DNA of 64,000 nucleotides from Pelagibacterales bacterium SAG-MED19. Its GTDB lineage: Bacteria > Pseudomonadota > Alphaproteobacteria > Pelagibacterales > Pelagibacteraceae. Shown piece after piece: positions 30,328 to 40,408 of the stretch (positions within the stretch are counted from its first letter, which is position 1; every line of letters begins with the position of its first letter). Below the pieces are notes generated by a model. It was not told where the DNA came from, ran no database searches, and worked only from the letters and a program-made list of their open reading frames with translations. The stretch is taken from contig JACWDQ010000005.1 of assembly GCA_014654035.1 (NCBI GenBank), forward strand, positions 2,343 to 66,342, written 5' to 3'. The position numbers were made by a program, and so were the translations under genes.

Positions 30328-31182
30328 ATGGCTTTACCAAAACATACAGAATTACATTACAGAATTTGGCACTATTTTTATTTATTTATCTGTGGATCAG
30401 TTTTCTTTTTTTTAATTGCACCCTTATTTGTAATTTTTCCATTATCTTTTAATGCAGAAGAGTTTTTAAGTTTCTCTGATGGCATGAAGAGTCTTGATCC
30501 AGATGCTTTTTCATTAAGATGGTATAAGGACATGATTTATGGAACTAAAAACCCTTGGGGATTAGCTGCTAAAAATAGTTTTATAATCGCTATTTTTGCA
30601 ACGATAGGTTCGGTTCTTCTTGGAACAGTTGCAGCATTAGGATTGAGCAGTAGACATATGCCTTACAAAGGTATCATCATGGCAGTATTAATCTCTCCAA
30701 TGATTGTCCCTCTGATTATTTCAGGTGTAGCAATATTTTTCTTTATGGCTAAATCTGGTTTAGCAGCAACACATACAGGAATAGTTTTAGCTCATATTAT
30801 TCTAGGTACACCATTTGTTGTTATTACGGTTACCGCTACTTTATCGGGATTTGATCATAGTGTTACAAGAGCAGCAGCAAGTCTTGGAAGTAATCCAGTA
30901 AACACTTTTATGAAAATTACATTACCATTAATATTGCCTGGGGTTATTTCTGGAGGATTATTTGCATTTGTAACATCATTTGATGAAGTTGTGGTTGTTT
31001 TATTTTTAGCTGGATTAGAAAATACAACTATTCCAATTCAGATGTGGACAGGTTTAAGAGAACAGTTAAGTCCAACTATTCTCGCAGTTGCAACTTGTCT
31101 AATTATTTTGTCCACATTAATATTAGTTACCGCTGAGCTTTTAAGAAGAAGATCTGAGAGACTCAGAGGAATAAATCGATAG
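30328..31182 (+). CDS. potC: ABC permease PotC-like
   Basis: FSLRWY, PMIVP, RAAASLG, FVTSFDEVV. Confidence 0.88.
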   Translation: MALPKHTELHYRIWHYFYLFICGSVFFFLIAPLFVIFPLSFNAEEFLSFSDGMKSLDPDAFSLRWYKDMIYGTKNPWGLAAKNSFIIAIFATIGSVLLGTVAALGLSSRHMPYKGIIMAVLISPMIVPLIISGVAIFFFMAKSGLAATHTGIVLAHIILGTPFVVITVTATLSGFDHSVTRAAASLGSNPVNTFMKITLPLILPGVISGGLFAFVTSFDEVVVVLFLAGLENTTIPIQMWTGLREQLSPTILAVATCLIILSTLILVTAELLRRRSERLRGINR

Positions 31183-31194
31183 TAAAATCATTTA

Positions 31195-33417
31195 ATGAAA
31201 ATTAAGAACGTAGTGGTGATTGGCTCTGGAACAATGGGTAGTGGTATTGCTGCTCACTTATGTAATGCAAATGTACCTGTAACTTTACTTGATTTAAAAA
31301 CAGAGATAAGTGAAAAAGCTAGAGAAAGAATTCATAAGTCAAGACCCCCTCTACTAATTGATAAATCTAAAATTAATAATATTAAAGTTGGAAATATTTC
31401 AGATGATTTTGATGTAGTTAAAGACGCGGATTGGATTGTTGAAGCAGTAGTAGAAAGAATAGATATTAAACATCAAATTTATGAAAAGATATTTAAAGCA
31501 AGAAAAGATGGAGCTATAGTCTCATCAAACACATCATCAATTCCAATTAAAGTTTTATCTGAACATTTAACAGACATAGAAAAAAAAGATTTTTGTATTA
31601 CACACTTTTTTAATCCAGTCAGATATATGGGTCTACTTGAGATTGTTAAAAATGAAAACAATGATCTTAATAAGATTAATCAATTAAAAGAATTTTGTGA
31701 AGTAGAATTAGGCAAGGGTGCAATAGTTTGTAACGATACTCCAGGGTTTTTAGGAAACAGAGTTGGTGTTTATGCAATGCAAGTTGCTATGACAGAAGCT
31801 TTTAAGATGAAACTTTCTGTTGAAGAAGCAGACGCAATATTTGGGAGACCGATGGGAATTCCTAAAACAGGTGTATTCGGACTGTATGATTTAATTGGTA
31901 TCGATTTAATGGCTGATGTATTGAAAAGTTTTATTAAAGAATTACCAGAGACAGATGAGTTTCATGAAGTTGCAAAAGAAATACCATTAGTAAAAAAATT
32001 AATTGAAACTGGCTATACAGGAAGAAAAGGTAAAGGTGGATTTTATCGAATGAACAAAACTGGAGCCACTAAAGTAATGGAAGCTATCAACCTTGAATCT
32101 GGAGATTACTCTCCTAGCAAAAAGATCGATGTTAAATCGGATAAAGTAGATCTACAGACATTAATCAATAGAAAAGATAAGTATGGTGAATATGCTTGGT
32201 CAGTTTTATCTAAAATAATTAAATATGCTTCCTCATTAGTTCCGGGTATTACAAAAGAATTTAATGATATTGATGAAGCAATGAGACTAGGTTTTAACTG
32301 GGCCAAAGGTCCTTTCGAGATGCTTGAAGAAATAGGTGTTAAAGATTTCTTTAATAGAGTTGATGATTTCGCAGGTAATAATTTTTTAGAAAATTTATCA
32401 AAAACTAAAAATGAAGACTTTTATGGTGAGAGACAGAAATATACGAACATAGAAACTTTAGGGAAAGTTAAAAAAACAGCATCTAGCCTAGATGGAAATG
32501 ATTCTGCAAAAATTTACAGGTTTAATGATTATAACATTGTTGAATTTACAACTAAGGCCAATGCATTGGATTATGACTCAATGGATGCTTTAAAAAAAGC
32601 TACTGACAAACCTTTAATTATAATAAATGAAAGTATGCAGTTTTCTGCTGGAGTAAACTTAACTTATACAATGCAGTTTGCCGATAAAAAAGATTTCAAA
32701 TCAATTGAAAAATTTATCAAATATTTTCAAGAAACATGTAAACATCTAAAATACTCAAAACATCCAGTTATTTCAGCTCCATCAGGATTAACTTTGGGTG
32801 GTGGATTTGAGGTTATGGTACAAAGTAATTTTGTTGCATCACATACCAACATTGTGGTTGGATTAGTTGAGACTATTGTTGGATTAATCCCTGCTGGTGG
32901 TGGTTGTAAAGAAATGTTAGCTAGATGGCTAAGTACAGAAGAGGCAAAGGCAGATCCAAATTATGCACCGCTAAAAGTTTTTGACATTATTGGTTATGGT
33001 AAAACAGCTACCTCACCAGTAGAAGCAGAACCAATGAAATATTTGAGACCAGAGGATAAAAAAATAATGAATAGAAATAGTTTATTAGAAGTTTCTAAAA
33101 AAATTCTTATGGAAAACAAAAATTTTAAAGCACCAAATGAATTTGAATTTAAACTACCTGGTAAAGCCGTAAGAGGGGAGATGGATAAAATTTTAGATAA
33201 ACTTTATAATGATAAAGTTATTTTAGATCACGGTGTTTTAGTTGCGAAAGAATTAGCACATGTTTTAAGTGGAGGAGATACCACAATTGATAAAACTTTA
33301 TCAGAAGACGATTTATTTAAATTAGAACTAGATGCTTTTATGAGATTAATTGAAACTCAAAAAACCCAAGATAGAATAAAGCATACTTTAGCTACCGGAA
33401 AACCCTTAGTTAACTAA
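31195..33417 (+). CDS. 3-hydroxyacyl-CoA dehydrogenase / enoyl-CoA hydratase fusion (FadN-like)
   Basis: GSGTMGSGIA, EAVVE, SSNTS, HFFNP, then crotonase FSAG..L, GGGFE, VETIVGLIPAGGG. Confidence 0.9.
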   Translation: MKIKNVVVIGSGTMGSGIAAHLCNANVPVTLLDLKTEISEKARERIHKSRPPLLIDKSKINNIKVGNISDDFDVVKDADWIVEAVVERIDIKHQIYEKIFKARKDGAIVSSNTSSIPIKVLSEHLTDIEKKDFCITHFFNPVRYMGLLEIVKNENNDLNKINQLKEFCEVELGKGAIVCNDTPGFLGNRVGVYAMQVAMTEAFKMKLSVEEADAIFGRPMGIPKTGVFGLYDLIGIDLMADVLKSFIKELPETDEFHEVAKEIPLVKKLIETGYTGRKGKGGFYRMNKTGATKVMEAINLESGDYSPSKKIDVKSDKVDLQTLINRKDKYGEYAWSVLSKIIKYASSLVPGITKEFNDIDEAMRLGFNWAKGPFEMLEEIGVKDFFNRVDDFAGNNFLENLSKTKNEDFYGERQKYTNIETLGKVKKTASSLDGNDSAKIYRFNDYNIVEFTTKANALDYDSMDALKKATDKPLIIINESMQFSAGVNLTYTMQFADKKDFKSIEKFIKYFQETCKHLKYSKHPVISAPSGLTLGGGFEVMVQSNFVASHTNIVVGLVETIVGLIPAGGGCKEMLARWLSTEEAKADPNYAPLKVFDIIGYGKTATSPVEAEPMKYLRPEDKKIMNRNSLLEVSKKILMENKNFKAPNEFEFKLPGKAVRGEMDKILDKLYNDKVILDHGVLVAKELAHVLSGGDTTIDKTLSEDDLFKLELDAFMRLIETQKTQDRIKHTLATGKPLVN

Positions 33418-34053
33418 CATCCTAATTGAATTTATAAAGTCAGGTCTTAATACATATTGAGATTTGTCTAAATATTTAATTTTTTCTAAAGCTTTCAAGC
33501 CATAAATTACTTTTCCAATAGGAGTATATTCAGTTTCATATAAAGGTTCATCTCTCAACACAATAAAGAATTGACTGTCTTCAGTATTGTATTTTTGTGT
33601 TCTAGCTAAAGCAACACTACCTTTATCAAAATTAAATGGTGCATCTACTTCAGAATTAATTGTTCCTAATCCTGACTTTCCTGTTCCAATTTTTCCATAA
33701 TCTATATTCCCTTTTTTTCCAAATTCTAAATCTCCAGCCTGCGCAAGTGTATCTTTAATAACTCTGTGAAAGGCAATATCATCATAAGCCTTAGTATTAA
33801 TTAAAGTTATAAATCTTTTTACTCCATTAGGAGAAATTTTTGGATAAAGTTCAATAATAACATTTCCACAAGGTACATTTAATATTGCAATGTTTTTAGG
33901 ATTATCAAATTTAATTTTTTTAGGATCATAACTTTTGACAAACAAACATTTATCTTTAATTAAAAGGAAAGAACCAAATGTAAATGTTGCTAAAAGAATA
34001 ATAAAAACAAAAATTATTTTTTCAGATCTAGAGGCTTTAATTTTCTTAATCAT
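33406..34053 (-). CDS. Membrane-anchored cyclophilin-type peptidyl-prolyl isomerase
   Basis: FHRVI, QAGD, GSVALAR, SQFFI; N-terminal TM. Confidence 0.88.
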   Translation of the reverse strand: MIKKIKASRSEKIIFVFIILLATFTFGSFLLIKDKCLFVKSYDPKKIKFDNPKNIAILNVPCGNVIIELYPKISPNGVKRFITLINTKAYDDIAFHRVIKDTLAQAGDLEFGKKGNIDYGKIGTGKSGLGTINSEVDAPFNFDKGSVALARTQKYNTEDSQFFIVLRDEPLYETEYTPIGKVIYGLKALEKIKYLDKSQYVLRPDFINSIRMLVN

Positions 34054-34772
34054 AAAACAAAGTTTTCATCTATTTTTAATAGGTTATTTTTTATGAATTG
34101 GATTTTTTTATTTAAAATAGGATCATTATTACTCAAATCTGACCCAATCATTAAATGGGAGAAAACTTCAGCCATGTCTTCTGATGCAGTCGATTGTGAA
34201 TATTCTGTAAAAAAACCCTCTGTATTAGAATAAGTATCAAGCCCCAATTTATCTGTGCAAGTAGAACATTCTGCGTATCTAAAATTTTTAACATTAAAAT
34301 TAGACCATACTTTTTCATCAAATATCTCTTTGTAGCTATCATTAATGATATGGAATACTTCATGATGAATTACTCTTTCAAAATATTTTTCATCAAATCT
34401 TATATCTAGGATTAAAGTTTTCATTACATTATCCGGTATTCCGGCAGTATTAATATTTGAAATTGATAAATCTTCACAAAGAACAATGTATTTGAGATTA
34501 ATCTTTTTTAAAAATTTTTGATTATATCTATTTAGATTTTTTTGAATTATTTCATATTTTTTGTCTAAAGTTTTTTTTTCTGAGTTAAAGCAATTAATAT
34601 TATTATCTACACCAATTGTGAATGGTTGTTTGGCGTACAAGTATCTAAGTTTATTTGAAGTGTTGATCTCATAAATTTCAAGATTAGGAATTTTTATTAG
34701 ATTATAAATTGTATTAGCTTGAGATTGTGTAAAGATAAACAAAGATAATATAATTATTCTTATTATATTCAT
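34050..34772 (-). CDS. Exported putative zinc metallopeptidase (zincin)
   Basis: Signal peptide, HEVFH (HExxH), downstream Y....SEDMAE. Confidence 0.7.
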   Translation of the reverse strand: MNIIRIIILSLFIFTQSQANTIYNLIKIPNLEIYEINTSNKLRYLYAKQPFTIGVDNNINCFNSEKKTLDKKYEIIQKNLNRYNQKFLKKINLKYIVLCEDLSISNINTAGIPDNVMKTLILDIRFDEKYFERVIHHEVFHIINDSYKEIFDEKVWSNFNVKNFRYAECSTCTDKLGLDTYSNTEGFFTEYSQSTASEDMAEVFSHLMIGSDLSNNDPILNKKIQFIKNNLLKIDENFVL

Positions 34773-34825
34773 AAATTTTTATTTAGAAGATATTCCAATT
34801 TAAAAGAATGTGATACAATTTTACT

Positions 34826-35785
34826 GTGAAAAAAAAAAGAAATAAAGATCCAATCCAACCTGTTAGTGGAACTAAAGTACCACGGTTTGCTGGGCCTTCA
34901 ACATTTGCAAGATTGCCAGAGCTAAGAGATGTTGAAAGTTGCGATGTTGCAATAGTTGGGATCCCATTTGATGCAGGGACAAGTTATAGACCTGGCGCTA
35001 GATTTGGACCTATGAGCATTAGACAGGCCTCACGACATTTAAGAACCAATTATCATCCAAGTTACGATGTAGAGCCCTTTAAAGTACAACAAGTAGCTGA
35101 TGCAGGTGATATCACTTGTAATCCATTTAGCATTGATGAATCGATAAAACAAATAGAGGCTGGAGCGACAGATTTATTAAATAAAGTTGGTGGTATAATA
35201 AGTTTAGGTGGTGACCACACCATCGCTGTACCACTTCTTAGAGCGATTAATAAAAAATGTAATGGACCAGTTTCATTAGTTCATTTTGATGCTCACCTCG
35301 ATACCTGGGATACTTATTTTGGTGCTCCATATACACATGGAACTCCTTTTAGAAGAGCAAGGGAAGAAGGATTATTTTTAGATGATGCTTCAATGCATGT
35401 TGGTATTAGAGGTCCACTCTATAGTAGAGATGATATTAAAAATGATGAAAGTTTTGGTTTTAAAATAATTCACTGTGATGAATTTCAAACAGAGGGAACG
35501 GATAAAATTGCAGAAAGAATTAAAAAAAGAGTGGGTGATAATCCTTTATATTTATCAATTGATATTGATGTTCTTGATCCAGCTTTTGCACCTGGAACAG
35601 GGACACCAGAAATAGCTGGAATGACCACAAGAGAAATGGTCAATGTTCTTAGGGGATTATCTGGATTAAATTTAGTATCAGCAGATGTAGTCGAAGTTTC
35701 GCCTGCTTATGATCATGCTGAAGTAACCTCACTTGCAGCTGCAACAATTGTTTACGAATTAACAAATTTATTTGCAAAATCATAA
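34826..35785 (+). CDS. speB: Agmatinase / guanidino-acid ureohydrolase
   Basis: RPGARFGP, GGDHT, DAHLD, SIDIDVLDPAFAPGTGTP. Confidence 0.85.
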   Translation: MKKKRNKDPIQPVSGTKVPRFAGPSTFARLPELRDVESCDVAIVGIPFDAGTSYRPGARFGPMSIRQASRHLRTNYHPSYDVEPFKVQQVADAGDITCNPFSIDESIKQIEAGATDLLNKVGGIISLGGDHTIAVPLLRAINKKCNGPVSLVHFDAHLDTWDTYFGAPYTHGTPFRRAREEGLFLDDASMHVGIRGPLYSRDDIKNDESFGFKIIHCDEFQTEGTDKIAERIKKRVGDNPLYLSIDIDVLDPAFAPGTGTPEIAGMTTREMVNVLRGLSGLNLVSADVVEVSPAYDHAEVTSLAAATIVYELTNLFAKS

Positions 35786-35805
35786 AGAAAGGATAGTTAT
35801 AAGAA

Positions 35806-37242
35806 ATGTTAGATAAGAAAAATTTTTATATTAATGGTCAATGGGTTTCTCCAAAAAAAACTAATGACTTAAAAGTAATAGATCCCTCAACAGAAGAAGA
35901 GTGTGCAGTAATATCTTTAGGTGGAGTTGAGGATGTTAATGATGCGGTAAGTGCTGCTACAAAAGCATTTGAGACTTGGGCATTTTCTTCAAAAGAAGAA
36001 AGATTGAAATATTTAGAAGCTTTGTACGTTGTGTATAAAAATAGATGGGCCGATATGGCAAAAGCTATATCACTAGAAATGGGTGCACCAATAGATTTTT
36101 CAACTCAATTACAAGCAGGAACAGGTGCCAGTCATATAAAAACATTTATTAAAGTTTTAAAAGATTATAAATTTGAAGAAAATTTAGGAGAGCATGCTCC
36201 TAATTGTAAAATTTTACATGAACCCAAAGGTGTTTGTGCACTAATTACACCATGGAACTGGCCAATGAATCAAACATGTCTAAAAGTCATTCCAGCAATA
36301 GCAAGTGGTTGTACGATGGTACTAAAACCATCTGAGATAGCTCCATTGTCATCAATGATATTAGCAGAAATGATTGATGAGATAAAACTACCAAAAGGTG
36401 TTTTTAATTTAGTGAATGGGGATGGGGCAGTAACTGGTAATGCTTTGACAAGTCATCCTGGTATAAATATGATTTCATTTACAGGATCAACAAGAGCAGG
36501 TGCTTTAATTTCTGAGAACGCATCTAAAGATTTTAAAAGAGTTAGTTTAGAACTAGGTGGTAAAGGTGCCAATATTATATTTAAAGATGCTGATGCTGAG
36601 GCAGTTGAAAGGGGTGCTTTAAGGTGTTTTAGAAATACAGGACAATCATGTAATGCTCCAACAAGAATGTTAGTAGAGAAATCAATGTACAAAGAAGCGG
36701 TTGAGAGAGTTAGAAATTTTGCAAATTCAATGAAGGTTGATATTGCAACTAAACAGGGCGACCACATAGGTCCAGTAGTATCCAAAACTCAATTTGAAAA
36801 AATTCAGTCTTTAATTCAAGTAGGAATTGATGAAGGTGCCAAATTGATTGCTGGAGGAACTGGTAAGCCAGATGGATTAAACAAAGGTTATTTTGTTAAA
36901 CCCACAGCTTTTGCAGATGTAAATAATCAGATGCAAATTGCAAGAACTGAAATTTTTGGACCAGTCTTATCTATTATTCCTTTTGAAACTGAAGAAGAGG
37001 CAATATCTATTGCAAACGATACTCCTTATGGACTTTTAAATTTTATTCAAACTCAAGATAAAGAAAAAGCTAATCGTGTAGCTAAAAAATTAAGGTCTGG
37101 AATGGTAGATATAAATGGAGCAGGCCCTGCACCTGATGCACCTTTTGGTGGCTACAAGCATTCTGGTATAGGTCGTGAAGCAGGCAAATATGGTCTTGAG
37201 GAATATCTAGAAGTTAAATCAGTTAGTGGTTGGAATAACTAG
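35806..37242 (+). CDS. Aldehyde dehydrogenase
   Basis: ITPWNWP, FTGS, LELGGK, GQSCNAP, EIFGP. Confidence 0.9.
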   Translation: MLDKKNFYINGQWVSPKKTNDLKVIDPSTEEECAVISLGGVEDVNDAVSAATKAFETWAFSSKEERLKYLEALYVVYKNRWADMAKAISLEMGAPIDFSTQLQAGTGASHIKTFIKVLKDYKFEENLGEHAPNCKILHEPKGVCALITPWNWPMNQTCLKVIPAIASGCTMVLKPSEIAPLSSMILAEMIDEIKLPKGVFNLVNGDGAVTGNALTSHPGINMISFTGSTRAGALISENASKDFKRVSLELGGKGANIIFKDADAEAVERGALRCFRNTGQSCNAPTRMLVEKSMYKEAVERVRNFANSMKVDIATKQGDHIGPVVSKTQFEKIQSLIQVGIDEGAKLIAGGTGKPDGLNKGYFVKPTAFADVNNQMQIARTEIFGPVLSIIPFETEEEAISIANDTPYGLLNFIQTQDKEKANRVAKKLRSGMVDINGAGPAPDAPFGGYKHSGIGREAGKYGLEEYLEVKSVSGWNN

Positions 37243-37424
37243 TTTTTATCAACTAAGAAGTGTTCATTTTAGGTTAACATTAATTTAACATTGATAGTCA
37301 ACACTTAAAAGCCTATAAAAAAAAATCATTTGTTTGTATTTAATAAAGAAATCATTAGGGTTCTGCTATTAACGTTGCGATATTATTAATTAGTTGTAAC
37401 TCGCAATACACAGAGGAGATAAAT

Positions 37425-38876
37425 ATGAGTAGATCAAAATCGCTCTACAACGCGGATTTAGCACCAACTCCATCAAATAAGAAAAATTGGGGATGGTTCG
37501 AAATCTTTAACGTATGGGCAAATGATGTTCAAAGTTTATTTGGATATACTTTGGCAGCATCATTATTCTTAGCCTCAGGATTAAACGGCTGGGCAGTATT
37601 TGCAGCACTAATACTAGCTGGCTTTTTTATCATGTGGTTAGTTAACTTATCAGGAAAACCAAGTGTTAAACATGGAATTCCTTATCCAGTATTCGCTCGA
37701 GTAAGTATGGGTGTATTTGGTGCAAACTTTCCTGCAATGGCAAGAGGGCTTGTTGCTATGTTCTGGTATGGAGCGCAAACGTATGCGGCATCAACTGCTG
37801 TAGCACTTCTAATTACAGGTATCACTGGTAACCCAGGTACTGAGATGTTTTTAGGAATGACTGGAGTAATGTGGGTGTCATTTATATTTGTATCAGCTTT
37901 CCAAGTTTACTTATTCTGGCAGGGTGTAGATCTTGTAAAAAGATTTTTAAACTTTGCAGGACCAGCAGTATATGTTGTGATGATTATATTGATGTTAGTA
38001 ATTTGGTTCAAAGCTGGTGGTGGACTTTTATCAGAAGTTGGTGAAATATTTTCTGGTGGAACAAGATCAGGTGGATTTGAAGGCTTAGGTTCATTTGGAG
38101 CTTTCCTAGCGGTATTTTCAATTATGGTAGGATACTTCGCTGCTGTAGTAATCAATTTTGGTGACTTTGCTAGATTTGTTAAAAATGAAGATGAAATGAA
38201 AAAAGGTAACCTATGGGGATTAGTAGGTAACGTTATTTTCTTCTCATTCATTACTTTAATGATTACTGGTGGAACAATTGCTATCTTTGGAGAATACGTA
38301 GCAAATCCAACAGACATGGTAGCTAAAGTAGATAATATTGTATTAACTATCGTTGCAGCTTTTGCATTCTTTGCAGCAACAGTTGGTATTAATATGGTAG
38401 CTAATTTTATACCTCCTGCTTATGACCTTGCTAACTTAATGCCAAGCAAAATCAATTTTAGAACTGGTGGTTTAATTACTGCCGCTTTTGGTTTTGTTAT
38501 TGGTGGTATGTGGGTTGCAGTAATCACTCAAATGGGACTGTTTCCATTTGTAAACACTTTAGGTGCTATTTTAGCTCCAGTGTTTGGTATAATGATTGTT
38601 GACTACTATGTAATCAAAAAACAAAGACTAGATGTTGATGATTTATTTAGTGACTCACCAAAAGGTAAGTATCACTATAATGGCGGTTTCAACGGTAAAG
38701 GTATGTTAGCATGGGCGCTCTCAGGTTACATTGCTGTTGGTACAGTTTGGCCAAACATTCTATTCTTAGGAATGGATGATTTCTTTGCTAACCTTGGTGG
38801 TGGTGGAGGATACGCTTGGATAATTGGAGCATCATTAGGTGCTGTAATTCACCTTGCTATATCATCTAAGAAATAA
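37425..38876 (+). CDS. NCS1 nucleobase/allantoin:cation symporter
   Basis: Multi-TM; GIPYPV.AR..G..G, WYG.QT, N.GDFARF, N.VAN; GAGGAG RBS. Confidence 0.88.
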   Translation: MSRSKSLYNADLAPTPSNKKNWGWFEIFNVWANDVQSLFGYTLAASLFLASGLNGWAVFAALILAGFFIMWLVNLSGKPSVKHGIPYPVFARVSMGVFGANFPAMARGLVAMFWYGAQTYAASTAVALLITGITGNPGTEMFLGMTGVMWVSFIFVSAFQVYLFWQGVDLVKRFLNFAGPAVYVVMIILMLVIWFKAGGGLLSEVGEIFSGGTRSGGFEGLGSFGAFLAVFSIMVGYFAAVVINFGDFARFVKNEDEMKKGNLWGLVGNVIFFSFITLMITGGTIAIFGEYVANPTDMVAKVDNIVLTIVAAFAFFAATVGINMVANFIPPAYDLANLMPSKINFRTGGLITAAFGFVIGGMWVAVITQMGLFPFVNTLGAILAPVFGIMIVDYYVIKKQRLDVDDLFSDSPKGKYHYNGGFNGKGMLAWALSGYIAVGTVWPNILFLGMDDFFANLGGGGGYAWIIGASLGAVIHLAISSKK

Positions 38877-38890
38877 TTAAATTTTAAATT

Positions 38891-38925
38891 AAAGCCCATC
38901 AATTTTTATTGATGGGCTTTTTTTT
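38891..38925 (+). terminator. Intrinsic (probably bidirectional) terminator between NCS1 gene and allA
   Basis: AAAGCCCATCAAT-TTTT-ATTGATGGGCTTT plus T run. Confidence 0.88.
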
Positions 38926-39427
38926 ATGTCTGAAATTCTAAAGTAATATTTTCTTTATTTAGATCATGAAGCACTAAATTATCTCCATTACCCAATCTAT
39001 CTACAACTAAAAAATTCATATCTTCTGTTGAGATTAATGGGAAGTGCCAAACACCTGGATTATAATTAACACCAATTCCTTTGGGAATTATAAATGATTC
39101 AATTTTATTTAAGTCAGGCTTGTCTCCCTCAGGAGCGACGAATGCTAAAAATGTTGTTTCTTTCATTGGAATAAAAGCTTGGCTTCCAAGTGGATGTTTT
39201 TCCATCACATCAACTCTCATTGGAAAGGATCTTTTTAATGCTGAAAAAATACTAATTGTAGACTCGCCATTATCTTTTTTTGTATTTAAATTGACAATAC
39301 CATCATATCTTTTTGCGTAGCCGTCATTAATTTCGATTGGCTTGATATCTGCTGTTGTTATCATGTCACCAAATTTTTTAAAATTTTCTTTAGTAATAGG
39401 CTTTGGTTTAATAACTAAATTTGTCAT
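38924..39427 (-). CDS. allA: Ureidoglycolate lyase
   Basis: MEKHPLGSQAF.P, GVNY.PGVWH.PL, FLVVDR. Confidence 0.92.
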   Translation of the reverse strand: MTNLVIKPKPITKENFKKFGDMITTADIKPIEINDGYAKRYDGIVNLNTKKDNGESTISIFSALKRSFPMRVDVMEKHPLGSQAFIPMKETTFLAFVAPEGDKPDLNKIESFIIPKGIGVNYNPGVWHFPLISTEDMNFLVVDRLGNGDNLVLHDLNKENITLEFQT

Positions 39428-40407
39428 ATTTTTTTACCAAAAATTTTAAATCTCGAAATACCTCCATCTGGAAATATATTAATTTTTACGTGATTAATTT
39501 TTTCTTTTTTCATTAAAGAATTTTTGAATGTATGAGTTTTGTTAGCTGACAATTTTGTATTTTTTAATAAATATTTCCATTTATTTGAAGAGTTCACTAT
39601 TTTTTTTGAACTTTTAGGTGGTAAATAAGTGGCTTGTAAAGAACAGTAACTAGGAAAATTTCCTTTAAAGTGATGAGTTGAAATTTCAATTTTATCAATA
39701 GAGCTTCCATCAATTGAATTTAAAATTAACCAATCATTTCCTTTACCTCTTCGTCTTCTTGTTTCCCAGCCGTCACCCATATTTTTTGCTTTACCTGGAG
39801 CTAAAATATTTTCAGCTTTACCAAAGTGTTCATTGTTACAAGCGATAACTGACGCCCCATCCAATAATGAGGCAAGATTTATTTTTTTATTGATAATTTT
39901 TCTTGATTTTGCAATAGATCCATACAACCTCAATCTGGCAACGCCTCCATCAGGAAAAATATTAAATTTGATATGACTAAATATTTTTTTGTTTTTGACT
40001 GAAAAAAAATGATGGGAATTAGCTTTAACCCTTTTTTTTGCAAGAATTGATGTCCATTTCAATTGATTTATTTTATTTGAGCTAGAGAATGCTCCTTCAA
40101 TTGAAACCATTGATGGTTGATTGCCATTAAAGTGAGATGTATCTACATCAATCTTAGAAATTTTTCCTGACTTACCAAGTTTTAAAACAATGTAATCATG
40201 CCCTGAGGTTCTTTTTCTTCTCGACTCCCATCCATCCATCCATTTTCCATGTTTATCAAATACACCTTCTTTAAATACTGGAATTGTTGGACTTATAATT
40301 CTATTAGCTGATGCGAAAAAGTCGTCAGTTTTATAAACCACCTTTGTACCAAGCCTAGGTTGAGCTAAGTCTATTAATCCGTTCGTGAATATTATTTTTT
40401 CTTTCAT
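39424..40407 (-). CDS. alc: Allantoicase
   Basis: Duplicated DGWE(S/T)RR.R and FPDGG(V/I).R repeats; HF.GN.P. Confidence 0.93.
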   Translation of the reverse strand: MKEKIIFTNGLIDLAQPRLGTKVVYKTDDFFASANRIISPTIPVFKEGVFDKHGKWMDGWESRRKRTSGHDYIVLKLGKSGKISKIDVDTSHFNGNQPSMVSIEGAFSSSNKINQLKWTSILAKKRVKANSHHFFSVKNKKIFSHIKFNIFPDGGVARLRLYGSIAKSRKIINKKINLASLLDGASVIACNNEHFGKAENILAPGKAKNMGDGWETRRRRGKGNDWLILNSIDGSSIDKIEISTHHFKGNFPSYCSLQATYLPPKSSKKIVNSSNKWKYLLKNTKLSANKTHTFKNSLMKKEKINHVKINIFPDGGISRFKIFGKKI

Positions 40408-40408
40408 A

